From positions 106,454,001 through 106,518,000 of the forward strand of contig OZ024741.1 of assembly GCA_964016885.1 (NCBI GenBank): 64,000 nucleotides of DNA. Reading direction: 5' to 3'. The notes below the pieces were generated by a model, which saw nothing but the letters and a program-made list of their open reading frames with translations, was not told the origin of the DNA and did not search any database. Positions 1-12,900 of the stretch are shown in pieces. Positions within the stretch are counted from its first letter, which is position 1, and each line of letters starts with the position of its first letter. This stretch comes from Eledone cirrhosa (lineage: Eukaryota). The position numbers and the translations under genes were made by a program.

Positions 1-78
<78 letters not shown>

Positions 79-157
79 TTCTTAAAGCACTGAAACAACG
101 TATCTCTAGCGGTATTCGTTCATTTTCCTGTCTTCGCCCGAATTTCTATTCATTAAA

Positions 158-225
<68 letters not shown>

Positions 226-235
226 TCTCCCCCTC

Positions 236-324
<89 letters not shown>

Positions 325-336
325 TTATATATATAT
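1..336. repeat. Compound microsatellite (TA)n/(TG)n/(CT)n
   Basis: Dinucleotide runs read directly from the sequence, interrupted by ~90 bp of unique sequence. Confidence 0.95.
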
Positions 337-344
337 TTTATTTG

Positions 345-960
345 CGAAAAATATAAGATTGATGAAAATGGCACTCTCCAAGACAATTCTAAAATCACGG
401 AGGAGATACTGCAGAAACAATACTTCTCTGTTTTCAACAATCCTGATGTGGCTGATTCGGGCTACATCAGTGATGTTAATTCCGGACACACTATATCATA
501 ACGTTTGGCGCTCCTGATGTCTTAGCGGCAATAAACAGCAATCTGCTGAACTCCAGCCAACATGGGTTCCGTAATGGAAGGGGCTGCCTAACGCAGCTCC
601 TGCATCACTTTGATGACACTTTAAGAGCTTTGGGAGAGGGCTTCAACACTGATGTCATATATTTTGATTTCAATAAGGCTTTTGACAGGGTTGATCACAA
701 CATCCTATTGAAAAAACTATTCAGCATTGGTGTCTCTGGAAAATTACTGCAATGGATCAAGTGTTTCCTGACAAACGGAGTCCAACATGTAGTCGAAGGA
801 GTACAATCCAGCCCAGCCAAAGTCAATAGTGGTGTCCCACAAGGCACTGTGTTGGGTCCACTTCTTTTCATTATCTATATTAATGACATTACAAACAAGC
901 ACAGCAGCATAAGAATCTTCGCAGATGATTCCTAGCTCCAGAAGGTCATCAATGGCGTGG
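345..960 (+). pseudogene. CR1/L2-group LINE reverse transcriptase fragment, internally deleted
   Basis: Translates to QHGFRNGRGCLTQL...DVIYFDFNKAFDRVDH...SGVPQGTVLGPLLFIIYIND...FADD (RT motifs), with a stop at 933-935. The upstream piece EILQKQYFSVF resembles the EN-RT linker. Confidence 0.9.
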
Positions 961-1509
961 GTGACCGGATATGCCCCCAATAGATTACACATCTATTTTA
1001 TTTTAGTAAGATGAGAATAAGCTATAAACCAGAGTCTTCTTAGCAAAGAATTGAACAAATCTGCCTAATGGATAATCTGGTTTTCAGTAACACTAGTCAT
1101 TGAAAGACTTTAGTGGGCTGCAATTAGTCGGACTTTGTGTTTAGTTTTTGTGTCATTGAGAGAGAGATTTTGTGGAGACCACTAAGCTGCAAATATTAGG
1201 ACCATGTCTACAGTTTGCAGGTCATTGAGAGACTTTAGTAGAATTCTAGTGGATTTCGGAATATATATGAATCCATTTCTGTTTGGAATGAGATTGAATT
1301 TCAAAAACCAAAATTTAAGTTTACCCTGAAGTTGTCTCAACATTACTGTATGGATCCGAATTGTGAACACCATATAAAAGACATAAGATGTAGATAAATA
1401 CTTTCTACAAGAGATGTCTTAGAAATATCTGTGGTTTTGTATGAAAAGACAAAGTCTCAAATGAACAGTTGTTTTATAAATGTGAAATAGTGAGCTTTTT
1501 CTTGCAGTC

Positions 1510-1650
1510 CCAATGTTGCTACGATGAATGATGAAAGACTGCCGAAAATTCTCATGGTCAACTTCAGGCAGGGGTGCGAAACGTATGAAAACCTCATTTT
1601 ATATACAAGAGCAAGCTGAAAGATAATATCAAACCTATTGGAAAACCAGC
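1510..1650 (+). pseudogene. RTE-type LINE C-terminal fragment (degenerate)
   Basis: MNDERLPKIL followed by a frameshifted G-R...P...YKSKLKDNIK-like stretch, resembling the RTE C-terminal RM.D.RLPK.LLYGEL motif. Confidence 0.55.
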
Positions 1651-1809
1651 ATCAGAATTTGAAGAATGTTTAAAAGAGAAACTTCATTATCTCATACATA
1701 ATATATACACTCTTCTAATTACAAACATACAACATACATATACTATGATAAGTACACATTTCCTTGAAAACCAGCCTGTTATAGTGATAGTAACAAAATT
1801 ACTGTGTAA

Positions 1810-1870
<61 letters not shown>

Positions 1871-2242
1871 CTGGGTATTATTCATATATGTGTAACAATT
1901 AACATTTTTTATATATTAAAAATATCTCCACTATTATTTCTAATTAGTTGACACTTTTCACTTCTCGATAAACTTAGGTCCATAGGCGACGAACACATGC
2001 AGCCTAGACGCCTCATGTCAGACTTGCACTATTTCTACAAACAAAGAAATGGAATAATATTTTTATTTTGAACAAAAACATTGAAATATCCTTCTTTTAG
2101 TAATAGTCTTATTAAAAAATACCAACAAAAAACAAACAATATATACACGGAAACACATTCACTTTTATATAAAATTGAAACATCAACATCACTGCACTAA
2201 ATAAAAACCACACGATTAACATTTTAATGGTCTTATACACCA

Positions 2243-2535
2243 GGGGTTAGAGTGTTGTGCTTGCAATCGGGAGGTCATGGGTTCGATTCTCGGACCGGAT
2301 GATGCGTTGTGTCCTTGAGCAAGACACTATATTTCACGTTGCTCCAGTTTACTCAGCTCTAGAAATGAGTTGCGACGTCACTTGCACCAAGCTGTATCGG
2401 CCTTAGCCTTTCCCTTGGACAACATCCGTGGTGTGGAGAGGAAAGACTGGTATTCATGGGCGACTGCTGGTCATCCATGAACAATCTTCGGAGAGGAACT
2501 TACTAGGTGCAAATCCCAAGGTTAGCGTCGGCCAG
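2243..2535 (+). mobile_element. tRNA-derived CORE-like SINE (octopus OR-type)
   Basis: A-box remnant GGTTAGAG, B-box GGTTCGATTC, CORE-like TGTGTCCTTGAGCAAGACACT. The body (CCAAGCTGTATCGG...GGACAACATC...CGACTGCTGGTC) recurs at 55645-55930. Confidence 0.8.
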
Positions 2536-2648
2536 CTTTGTTTATTTGCCTGAAAGATAGCGTCATGTGTATCTTCGCAAACACACAATCTATCATACAT
2601 GCAACGTTTGAAACAAAAGGTAGCAACTTTTATGTGTTGAAGACATTA

Positions 2649-2808
<160 letters not shown>

Positions 2809-3289
2809 TTATCGGTACGTTTGGGTGATTTGAACTATATAAATTTAAACACAGAATCGTTAACCTCTGTATTACTTCAATTCAGATAAAAAAGCGTTAT
2901 ATATAAATAAATTTTAAGTTATATCTGTATATATTATACAGAGTGGGTAACAGAGTCTGTGCCAATGTCTATATAGATATACGCATTTTTACTATATGGA
3001 CATGCATTCATGCTAGAAATACGAAATTTCCTGTAAAAAATTATCAACACCTTTAATCGATTTTTCATATGTAATTGTGTTTTCATCTGAAGGTGTGTAT
3101 ATCATCTAAACAACCACAAGGAAGCACGTATTTGATGGGCTTATATACCCATTCACTCTTAGTAGTATTCAGAAATGGACGTAAGAAGTGCACCAAGCAG
3201 CCGAAGTGTATGATACAGTTATATCTGTATATATACAGAGTGAGTAACCGAGACTGCGCCGATCGTACACCTCGGCTTGAAGAGGAGGA

Positions 3290-3395
3290 GACAGTCGATT
3301 AAATTGGTCCTAGCGTGTTGCTGGTACTTTATTTTATTGGCCCCATAAGGATGAAATGAAAAGCTAACCTCAACGGGGTTTGAACGTAAAGGGCC
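3290..3395 (-). mobile_element. Fragment of the abundant tRNA-derived SINE
   Basis: CTGGTACTTTATTTTATTGGCCCCATAAGGATGAAA...GGGGTTTGAAC matches the reverse complement of the SINE at 7485. Confidence 0.75.
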
Positions 3396-3618
3396 ATGTT
3401 TATATCACCCATGTATAATTATATTTAATATAATGTTATATAATTATTATATTATTAGGTAGGTGACAAAATCATGAAGACCAACAATGATGAGAATATA
3501 GTGAAGTAGTGACCAACATCATCTGTAGCTCTGCAGGAGGTAAGCAGCTGCACCTCGTTGGTATTAATTTAGGATATGACAGAATATAGAAGAGCGATAC
3601 ATTAATTTCTTCCAAACC

Positions 3619-3731
<113 letters not shown>

Positions 3732-3772
3732 GTATACTATATGTATAATATATATAGTATATATATATATGA

Positions 3773-3825
<53 letters not shown>

Positions 3826-3929
3826 CAAGGTTATATAGAGGGAGAGTGAAAGAGGAAGAGAGTTCAATTATTTATATATTTAATAAAGTTTGACTGAAAC
3901 GTTGACATATCCATTTCAGATTCGTCACG

Positions 3930-4345
3930 TTGATGTTGTGGTGGTTGTGTCATTGTGTTGATTGTGGCGGGTTGTTGTTGTTGTTGTGGTGGTTTTGGTG
4001 TTACTAATGTTAGTTGTTGTGGTTGTTGTTGTGTTTTGTGGTTCTTGTTGTTGATGTTGTAGTGGTATTGTTGTTGATGTTGTAGAGGTATTGTTGTTGT
4101 TGTGGGTTATTGTTGTTGTAGATGATGTAGTGGTATTGTTGTGTGTTGTTGTGGTTGTTGTTGTTGTTCATGATGTTATGGTATTGTTGTGTGTTGTCTT
4201 GTTGTTGTTGAGATGTTATAGTGGTATTGTTGTGGTTGCTGTTGTTGATGTTGTGGTATTGTTGTGTGTTGTTGTTGTGGTTGTTGATGTGGTATTGTTG
4301 TTTGTTGTTGTTGGTTGTTCTTGTAGTTGTGGTGGTTGTGAGAGG
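3930..4345. repeat. (GTT)/(GTG) low-complexity tract
   Basis: Direct observation. It may be the AAC-rich part of a decayed Tx1 ORF1 on the minus strand, but this is unproven. Confidence 0.85.
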
Positions 4346-4864
4346 TGGTGCTGATTGCGAAGAGGACCATCTGGCAAAGTCGGTTGAGCATCAGGGTTGT
4401 TTACATATGAGGGTTCCTGCCTTGTCTTTCTATATTTTGAGTTTCAAAACGACACGAGGGTCGTATTTGTCCCCCGGTCCATCTTCTTTACGGAGTATTT
4501 ATTTAGATAAATGTGTTGTTGGCAGTGGAAATGTGGGGAGACTGCTCATGTAATATCACTAGATCGACATTAGCCAAATTTCCGTAAAGGTGAGGTCCCA
4601 TGGCCTGGTGGTTAGGGTATTTGACTCACAATTCCCTTAATGTGACTTGATTGTCTGTTGTGCCCTTAAGAACGACTCTTCTCGTTGTTCCAGTCAACCC
4701 AGCCGAAGCAAAATTAGTTCCAACAGCCGCAGCTGGGGTAAGCCACTGCAATGGATTGGCGTCTTTTCTTGAAAGGAATGGGGCCCCTAATATCAAAACA
4801 CCCACGAAAAGTTTATTCTCATTATTCTTTCCTTTTTGTTCTCCTGGGAAGGAGATTTTGGATA

Positions 4865-5510
4865 ACAGGTGATGTTATCAGACAGTATTCCAGTTAACAG
4901 TTTTTAAATCACATTTAAGAAGGTCTGTAATTTCCAGTTACATGACCTTTTGTTGGATCCTTCATAATGAGATTGGTCTGCACTTCAACTCTCCAATCTA
5001 GTACCTCACTGCAACACATTCTACTGTATATGGTTGATACTAATGATTTTATACAGTGCGTTAAGATACTTAATCCAATGTACCCACGGATGTCATCAGG
5101 TCCTGGAGTTTTCATATTTGGCAATTTTTAGCCTGCATATTGATGTCATCACTGATTATAACTGGCTGTTGTTTGGGTACTGATTCAAGCTGTCTTCGGA
5201 TATCATCCATTACCTTGTGGTTTACAGATATTCTCGACAATTTGTACCAGAAGGTCGTAGTTTGGTGTGGATTAGGTAGTAAATCTTTAACACCATGACC
5301 AGTTTAGCTTTAAAAAATCGCCTTTTTGGTTGCTTTCACATAGCCTGTTCTGTTGGAACTGGATCATTCTTTGAGTATACCTTGGAATTTTTCACTCTCT
5401 GTACATATTGCATGTCTCACCTGTTCAATAACCGTATGTAGATCTAGTTCCTTAAGTCGGTATTTTCTGTGCAGCTTTTATTTATTCCTCTCATTCAAAA
5501 GTCCTGCTTT
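4865..5510 (-). pseudogene. R4/Dong-type non-LTR retrotransposon RT fragment (degenerate)
   Basis: Minus strand gives KTPGPDDIRGY...QTNLIMKDPTKGHVTGNYRP..LNVI*KLLTGILSDN, matching the N-terminal RT region of R4-like elements. Contains stops and frameshifts. Confidence 0.75.
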
Positions 5511-5554
5511 GAATTACAGACACAGTTTATCCAACACGCTTCCACACCGTATTC

Positions 5555-5670
5555 GTCTACACAATTTCACTCAAAAGGATTAGGTCGTCCCGAGGTTAGA
5601 GTAAAGACATTTGCCCAAGATACCAAGCAGTAATATCGAACCCGGATCCTCCTGATTGCCCACGTACCTG
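5555..5670 (-). mobile_element. CORE-like SINE fragment
   Basis: AATTTCACTCA...GACATTTGCCCAAGATACC...ATCGAACCCGG is the reverse complement of a B-box plus CORE-like motif. Confidence 0.6.
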
Positions 5671-5987
5671 TATATTATTTTATCATTTTCTCCTTTTCAT
5701 AGTTTACTGGATTTCTTCGTTCATATCGACCCCAAGTACATATTTTTGTTTGTAGCCCTGTACTTAATTTATCGATTTCTATTTGACGAACCGCTAGATT
5801 ACGGGTCATAAACAAACAGTAATTGCAAACGTAAACATGAACACACACACACACACATTCAAACATATGTATGTACGTACGTTTGTATGTATGTTTGTAT
5901 GTATGTATGTTTGTATGTATGTATGTGTGTATATAAAATTTACGGAAGTGCACAGTTTCCGTCTACACAGTTTCACTCACAAGGCAC

Positions 5988-6018
<31 letters not shown>

Positions 6019-6092
6019 TAATATAATATATATAACACACACACTCATACACACGCGCACTTTCTCTCTCTCTCTCTCTCTACAGACACACG

Positions 6093-6142
<50 letters not shown>

Positions 6143-6404
6143 CATATATATACATATATATACACACACACACTCACACACACGCGCACACATACACATG
6201 CACTCACACACATATAATATGTCCACTATTTCCGTATTTGTTCGTACTAGAGATGTAGGCCAGTACTCCAGATGTAATGCAGGAGAAGAGTGTAACAGAG
6301 CCACACCAAGGACAGAACAATCAGTCATGTCACGCTTCATATGTTATTAGTTTTCTATCATTTAGTACAATATTGTCTCACTGTGACCACCTTTACAGTG
6401 ATTA

Positions 6405-7099
6405 CTATAACCACCACCATCACTACTACCACCAGTGTGACCACCACCATCACCACCATCACCAGTATCATGAACCACCAGCACCACCACCACCATCACC
6501 AGTATCATGAACCACCACCACCACCACCACCAGTACCAGCAGCAGTAGCACCACCGCCACTAGTACCACCGGCAGCATCATCCCTAACAGTAACACCACG
6601 ACCACCACAACCACCAACGGTACCACCACCGCCATCACCACCATCAATGGTAAACGCCCCCCCCACCCACACCTCCTCCACTTCCACCACCTCCAACGGT
6701 ACCACCCAGTACTACCATCACCAACACCATCACCACCATCAACGGTACCACACCTCCACCACCTCCACCACCTCCACCACCATCAACGGTACTACCACCA
6801 CCAGCAGTAGCACCATCATCACCACCACCACCATCACTACTACCACCACCACCATAAACAGTAGCATCCCTACCACTAGCACCATCACCACCATCAACGG
6901 TACCACCACCACCACCACCACCACCACCACCACCACCACCATCACCACCACCAGCAGTAGCATCACCACCACTAGCACCATCACCACCACCACCACCACC
7001 AGCATCACCACCACTAGCACCATCACCACCACCACTAGCACCATCACCACCACTAGCACCACCACCACCACCACCACCACCACCAGCATCACCACCACC

Positions 7100-7130
<31 letters not shown>

Positions 7131-7455
7131 CTAGCACCATCACCACCACCACCACCACCACCACCACCACTAGCACCATCACCACCACCACCACCACCAC
7201 CACTAGCACCATCACCACCACCACCACCACCACTAGCACCATCACCACCACCACCACCACCACCACCACCACCACCACCACCACCACCACCACCACCACT
7301 AGCACCACCATCAGCATCACCACCAGCACCACTAGCACCATCACCACCACCACCACCAGCATCACCACCACCACCACCACCACCACCACTAGCACCACCA
7401 CCACCACCATCACCACCACTAACACCATCACCACCACTAACACCATCACCACCAC
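6405..7455. repeat. Imperfect (ACC)n trinucleotide array with ACTAGC/ATC interruptions
   Basis: Direct observation. The Thr-rich ORF here is a by-product of the repeat. Confidence 0.95.
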
Positions 7456-7484
7456 ATATATGCTAATATAACTGGTTGAACATT

Positions 7485-7670
7485 ATTGGCAGTATCGGTG
7501 GAGGGTCGGACGCCATGCTTTGAAGCATAGAGTTACCTCCCTTTATGATCTGAGTTCAAATCCCGCCGAGGTTAACTTTGCCTTTCATCCTTACGGGGTC
7601 GATAAAATAAAGTACCAGTAATACACTGGGATAATTGGTGGCCTTGTGCCTAAAGTAGAAACAATTATTA
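7485..7670 (+). mobile_element. tRNA-derived SINE (octopus OK-like; central GCCTTTCATCC...GGTCGATAAAATAAAGTACCAG domain)
   Basis: A-box-like TGGCAGTATCGG, B-box GAGTTCAAATCCC, conserved central domain and an AGTAGAAAC+(ATT) tail. About 15 copies occur in the window. Confidence 0.9.
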
Positions 7671-7784
7671 ATCTGACTAGAACTTTCATCGCCGAAACCA
7701 GCCGAGATCCAGTATATGTATGCATGCATACACACACACACACACACTTATATACACATATATACACACTTGTATTCATACATA

Positions 7785-7849
<65 letters not shown>

Positions 7850-8023
7850 CATATGTGCATATAAATATACATAAACACATACACGTATGTATCCATTCAT
7901 CCGTTCATCTATATACACATACATACATATATATATACACACATTCATATGTATATATACATATATACATATGAATGTGTGTGTGTGTATATATATATAT
8001 ACACACATATATATATGTATATA

Positions 8024-8056
<33 letters not shown>

Positions 8057-8100
8057 GAACACACACACACACACATATATATATACATATGTGTATGTGG

Positions 8101-8133
<33 letters not shown>

Positions 8134-8207
8134 AATATATAAATATATATAAATATATAAATATATATAAATATATATATATATATATATGCATATGTAT
8201 GTATGTA

Positions 8208-8263
<56 letters not shown>

Positions 8264-8684
8264 TATATATATATATATATACATATACGTATAATAAAGT
8301 CACCCTTGACCGTAACAATGTATCTGTTAAACAGTAGAATAGAATCCTAGATAGATTGACTCTTAAAAATCGTCCAGTTTCCTGCAATAAATGAGATGAT
8401 TTATAAAGCTCTCCCAGGAATATCTGGATAACGATGTAGAATGTCTGAGTGGAAGTAAATCGAAATAACACCTTAGTAATAATGATCTAAATTGACAAAT
8501 AACAGACTGAAATAAGCCAAGACTAGCTAGCTTCACATGTGAATAATATCCTGGTAACATGCAAAGCCATTACTCCAGGGAGACCCGACCATCACATTGG
8601 TTAAATGTAAAACTCGATAAAAACATTTATTTCTATTTAGTAACAGTTATTGTTTAACGTATTGTTGGCCTTTTTTTTTAGCTG

Positions 8685-9870
8685 TGTTGCTGTTGTTGCC
8701 ATTGTTGTTGTTGTCATTGTTTCTGTAGTAGTAGTAGTAGTGGTGGTGGTGGTGGTGGTGGTGGTAGTAGTAGTAGTGGTGGTGGTGGGAGCAGAAGTAG
8801 TGGTAGTGGTGGTGGTGGTAGTAGTAGTAGTGGTGGTTGTAGCAGAAGTAGTGGTGGTGGTAGCAGAAGTAGTGGTAGTGGTGGTGGTGGTGGTTGTAGC
8901 AGAAGTAGTGGTGGTGGTAGTAGAAGTAGTGGTAGTGGTGGTGGTAGTAGTAGTAGTAGTGGTGGTTGTAGCAGAACTAGTGGTAGTGGTGGTAGTGGTG
9001 GTGGTAGCAGAAGTAGTGGTGGTGGTAGCAGAAGTAGTGGTAGTGGTGGTAGTGGTGGTGGTAGTAGTGGTGGTGGTGGTGGTTGTAGCAGAAGTAGTGG
9101 TGGTGGTAGCAGAAGTAGTGGTAGTGGTGGTAGTGGTGGTGGTAGTAGTGGTAGTGGTGGTTGTAGCAGAAGTACTGGTGGTAGTAGCAGAAGTAGTGGT
9201 AGTGGTGGTAGTGGTGGTGGTAGTAGTAGTAGTGGTGGTTGTAGCAGAAGTAGTAGTGGTGGTAGCAGAAGTAGTGGTAGTAGTGGTGGTGGTGGTTGTA
9301 GCAGAAGTAGTGGTGGTGGTAGCAGAAGTAGTGGTAGTGGTGGTGGTGGTGGTTGTAGCATAAGTAGTGGTGGTGGTAGTAGAAGTAGTGGTAGTGGTGT
9401 TGGTAGTAGTAGTAGTAGTGGTGGTTGTAGCAGAACTAGTGGTAGTGGTGGTAGTGGTGGTGGTAGTAGTAGTAGTGGTGGTGGTAGCAGAAGTAGTGGT
9501 GCTGGTAGCAGAAGTAGTGGTGGTAGTAGTAGTAGTGCTAGTAGTAGTAGTAGTAGTAGAAGTAGTAGTAGTGGTAGTAGCAGCAGAAGTAGTGGTGGTG
9601 ATAGTAGAAGAGGTGGCGGTGATATTGTTTTAGTAGTAGCAATAGTGGCAGTTGTTGTTTTAGTAAGAATAGTCGTATCAGTAGTAGTAGTAGTAGTAGT
9701 ATTGGTGATAGTAGTAATATTTCTGGTTGTAGTAGTATTTGTGGTAGTAGTAGTATTTCTGGTGGTAGTAGTAGTAGAGGTAGTAGCAGTAGTAGTGGTG
9801 GTGGTAGTAGTAGTGATAATAGTAGTAGTAGTTGTGGTAGCAGTAGTAGATGTGGTGGTGGTATTTTCAT
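8685..9870. repeat. (GTA/GTG)n array with recurrent GCAGAA unit
   Basis: Direct observation. Confidence 0.95.
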
Positions 9871-9961
9871 AGTAGACGTGTTTTTTATAGTCAACCAGTT
9901 GTACTTGTTTGTTTTTTGTAAAGTAATGAAAGTGAACGTAGAGGGTGTTAGTGAGGTGTTA

Positions 9962-12900
9962 GGAGTGGTGGTGTTGGTAGTGGTGTTGGTAGTGGTGGTG
10001 TTGGTGTTGGTAGTGGTGGTGTTGGTAGTGGTGGTGTTGGTGTTGGTAGTGGTGGTGTTGGTAGTGGTGGTGTTGGTGTTGGTAGTGGTGGTGTTGGTAG
10101 TGGTGTTGGTAGTGGTGGTGTTGGTAGTGGTGGTGTTGGTGTTGGTAGTGGTGGTGTTGGTAGTGGTGGTGTTGGTAGTGGTGGTGTTGGTGTTGTGTTG
10201 GTGTTGGTGGTGGTAGTGGTGGTGTTGGTGTTGGTAGTGGTGGTGCTGGTAGTGGTGGTGTAGGTGTTGGTAGTGGTGGTGTTGGTGTTGGTAGTGGTGG
10301 TGCTGGTAGTGGTGGTGTTGGTGTTGGTAGTGGTGGTGTTGCTGTTGGTAGTGGTGGTGTAGGTGTTGGTAGTGGTGGTGTTGGTAGTGGTGATGTTGGT
10401 GTTGGTAGTGGTGGTGCTGGTAGTGGTGGTGTTGGTGTTGGTGTTGGTGTTGGTAGTGGTGGTGTTGCTGTTGGTAGTGGTGGTGTAGGTGTTGGTAGTG
10501 GTTGTGTTTGTGTTGGTAGTGGTGGTGTTGGTAGTGGTGGTGTTGGTGTTGGTAGTGGTGGTGTAGGTATTGGTAGTGGTGGTGTAGGTGTTGGTAGTGG
10601 TGGTGTTGGTAGTGGTGGTGTAGGTGTTGGTAGTGGTGGTTTAGGTGTTGGTAGTGGTGGTGTTGGTGTTGGTAGTGGTGGTGTTGGTAGTGGTGGTGTA
10701 GGTGTTGGTAGTGGTGGTGTAGGTGTTGGTAGTGGTGGTGTTGGTGTTGGTAGTGGTGGTGTTGGTAGTGGTGGTGTAGGTGTTGGTAGTGGTGGTGTAG
10801 GTGTTGGTAGTGGTGGTGTAGGTGTTGGTAGTGGTTGTGTTGGCAGTGGTGGTGTTGGTGTTGGTATTGGTGGTGTTGGTGTTGGTAGTGGTGGTGTTGG
10901 TGTTGGTAGTGGTGGTGTTGGTGTTGGTAGTGGTGGTGTTGGTGTTGGTAGTGGTGGTGTTGGTGTTGGTAGTGGTGGTGTTGGTGTTGGTAGTGGTTGT
11001 GTTGGTAGTGGTGGTGTTGGTGTTGGTAGTGGTGGTGTTGGTATTGGTGGTGTTGGTGTTGGTAGTGGTGTTGTTGGTAGTGGTGTTGGTGGTGTAGGTG
11101 TTAGTAGTGGTGGTGTTGGTGTTGGTGTTGGTAGTGGTGGTGTTGGTGTTGGTAGTGGTGGTGTTGGTGTTGGTGTTGGTAGTGGTGGTGTAGGTGTTGG
11201 TAGTGGTGGTGTTGGTGTTGCTGGTAGTGGTGGTGTTGGTGTTGGTAGTGGTTGTGTTGGTGTTGGTAGTGGTGGTGTTGGTGTTGGTAGTGGTTGTGTT
11301 GGTATTGGTGGTGTTGGTGTTGCTAGTGGTGGTGTTGGTGTTGGTATTGGTGGTGTTGGTGTTGGTAGTGGTTGTGTTGGTGTTGGTATTGGTGGTGTTG
11401 GTGTTGGTAGTGGTTGTGTTGGTAGTGGTGGTGTTGGTGTTGCTAGTGGTGGTGTTGGTGTTGGTATTGGTGGTGTTGGTGTTGGTAGTGGTTGTGTTGG
11501 TGTTGGTATTGGTGGTGTTGGTGTTGGTAGTGGTTGTGTTGGTAGTGGTGGTGTTGGTGTTGGTAGTGGTGTTGTTGGTGTTGGTAGTTGTTGTGTTGGT
11601 GTTGGTATTGGTGGTGTCGGTTTGGTAGTTGTTGTGTTGGTGTTGGTATTGGTGGTGTTGGTGTTGGTAGTGGTTGTGTTGGTAGTGGTGGTGTTGGTGT
11701 TGCTAGTAGTGGTGTTGGTGTTAGTAGTTGTTGTGTTGGTGTTGGTAGTGGTGTTGTTGGTGTTGGTAGTTGTTGTGTTGGTGTTGGTAGTGGTGGTGTT
11801 GGTGTTGGTAGTTGTTGTGTTGGTGTTGGTATTGGTGGTGTTGGTGTTGGTAGTGGTTGTGTTGGTAGTGGTGGTGTTGGTGTTGCTAGTAGTGGTGTTG
11901 GTGTTAGTAGTTGTTGTGTTGGTGTTGGTAGATGTGTTGTTGGTGTTGGTAGTGGTGTTGTTGGTGTTGGTAGTTGTTGTGTTGGTGTTGGTAGTGGTGG
12001 TGTAGGTGTTGGTAGTGGTTGTGTTGGTAGTGATGGTGTTGGTGTTGGTAGTGTTGGTGTTGGTGTTGGTAGTAGTGGTGTTGGTGTTGGTAGTGGTTGT
12101 GTTGGTGTTGGTATTGGTGGTGTAGGTGTTGGTAGTGGTTGTGTTGGTAGTGGTGGTGTTGGTGTTGGTAGTGGTGGTGTTGGTGTTGGTAGTTGTTGTG
12201 TTGGTGTTGGTAGTGGTTGTGTTGGTAGTGGTGGTGTTGGTGTTGGTAGTGGTGTTGTTGGTGTTGGTAGTTGTTGTGTTGGTGTTGGTATTGGTGGTGT
12301 TGGTGTTGGTAGTGGTTGTGTTGGTGTTGGTAGTGGTGGTGTTGGTGTTGGTAGTTGTTGTGTTGGTGTTGGTATTGGTGGTGTTGGTGTTGGTAGTGGT
12401 TGTGTTGGTAGTGGTGGTGTTGGTGTTGGTACTGGTGGTGTTGGTGTTGGTAGTTGTTGTGTTGGTGTTGGTAGTGGTGTTGTTGGTGTTGGTAGTGGTG
12501 GTGTTGGTGTTGGTAGTGGTGGTGTTGGTGTTGGTAGTGGTTGTGTTGGTAGTGGTGGTGTTGGTGTTGTTAGTGGTGGTGTTGGTGTTGGTAGTGGTGG
12601 TGTTGGTGTTGGTAGTGGTGGTGTTGGTAGTCGTGGTGTTGGTGTTGGTAGTGGTTGTGTTGGTAGTGGTGGTGTTGGTGTTGGTAGTGGTGGTGTTGGT
12701 ATTGGTGGTGTTGGTGTTGGTAGTGGTTGTGGTGTTTTTGGTGTTGGTGGTGTAGGTGTTAGTAGTGGTGGTGTTGGTGTTGGTGTTGGTAGTGGTGATG
12801 TTGGTGTTGGTAGTGGTGGTGTTGGTGTTGGTAGTGGTGGTGTTGGTGTTGGTAGTGGTGGTGTTGGTGTTGGTGTTGGTGGTGTTGGTAGTGGTAGTGT

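Noticed and set aside
1900-2250. Possible piggyBac-like end (CTAACCCCTGG on the minus strand)
   Set aside because: No TTAA, no partner TIR, and it overlaps a SINE head.
3880-4550. Possible third Tx1 ORF1 relic on the minus strand (ICKQP..DFARW, AAC-rich tract, DESEMD)
   Set aside because: Similarity is limited to short motifs in low-complexity sequence and needs a profile search.
6341-7471. 376-aa Thr/Pro/His-rich ORF (mucin-like)
   Set aside because: Explained by an (ACC)n array that lacks stops by composition. No domain or splice evidence.
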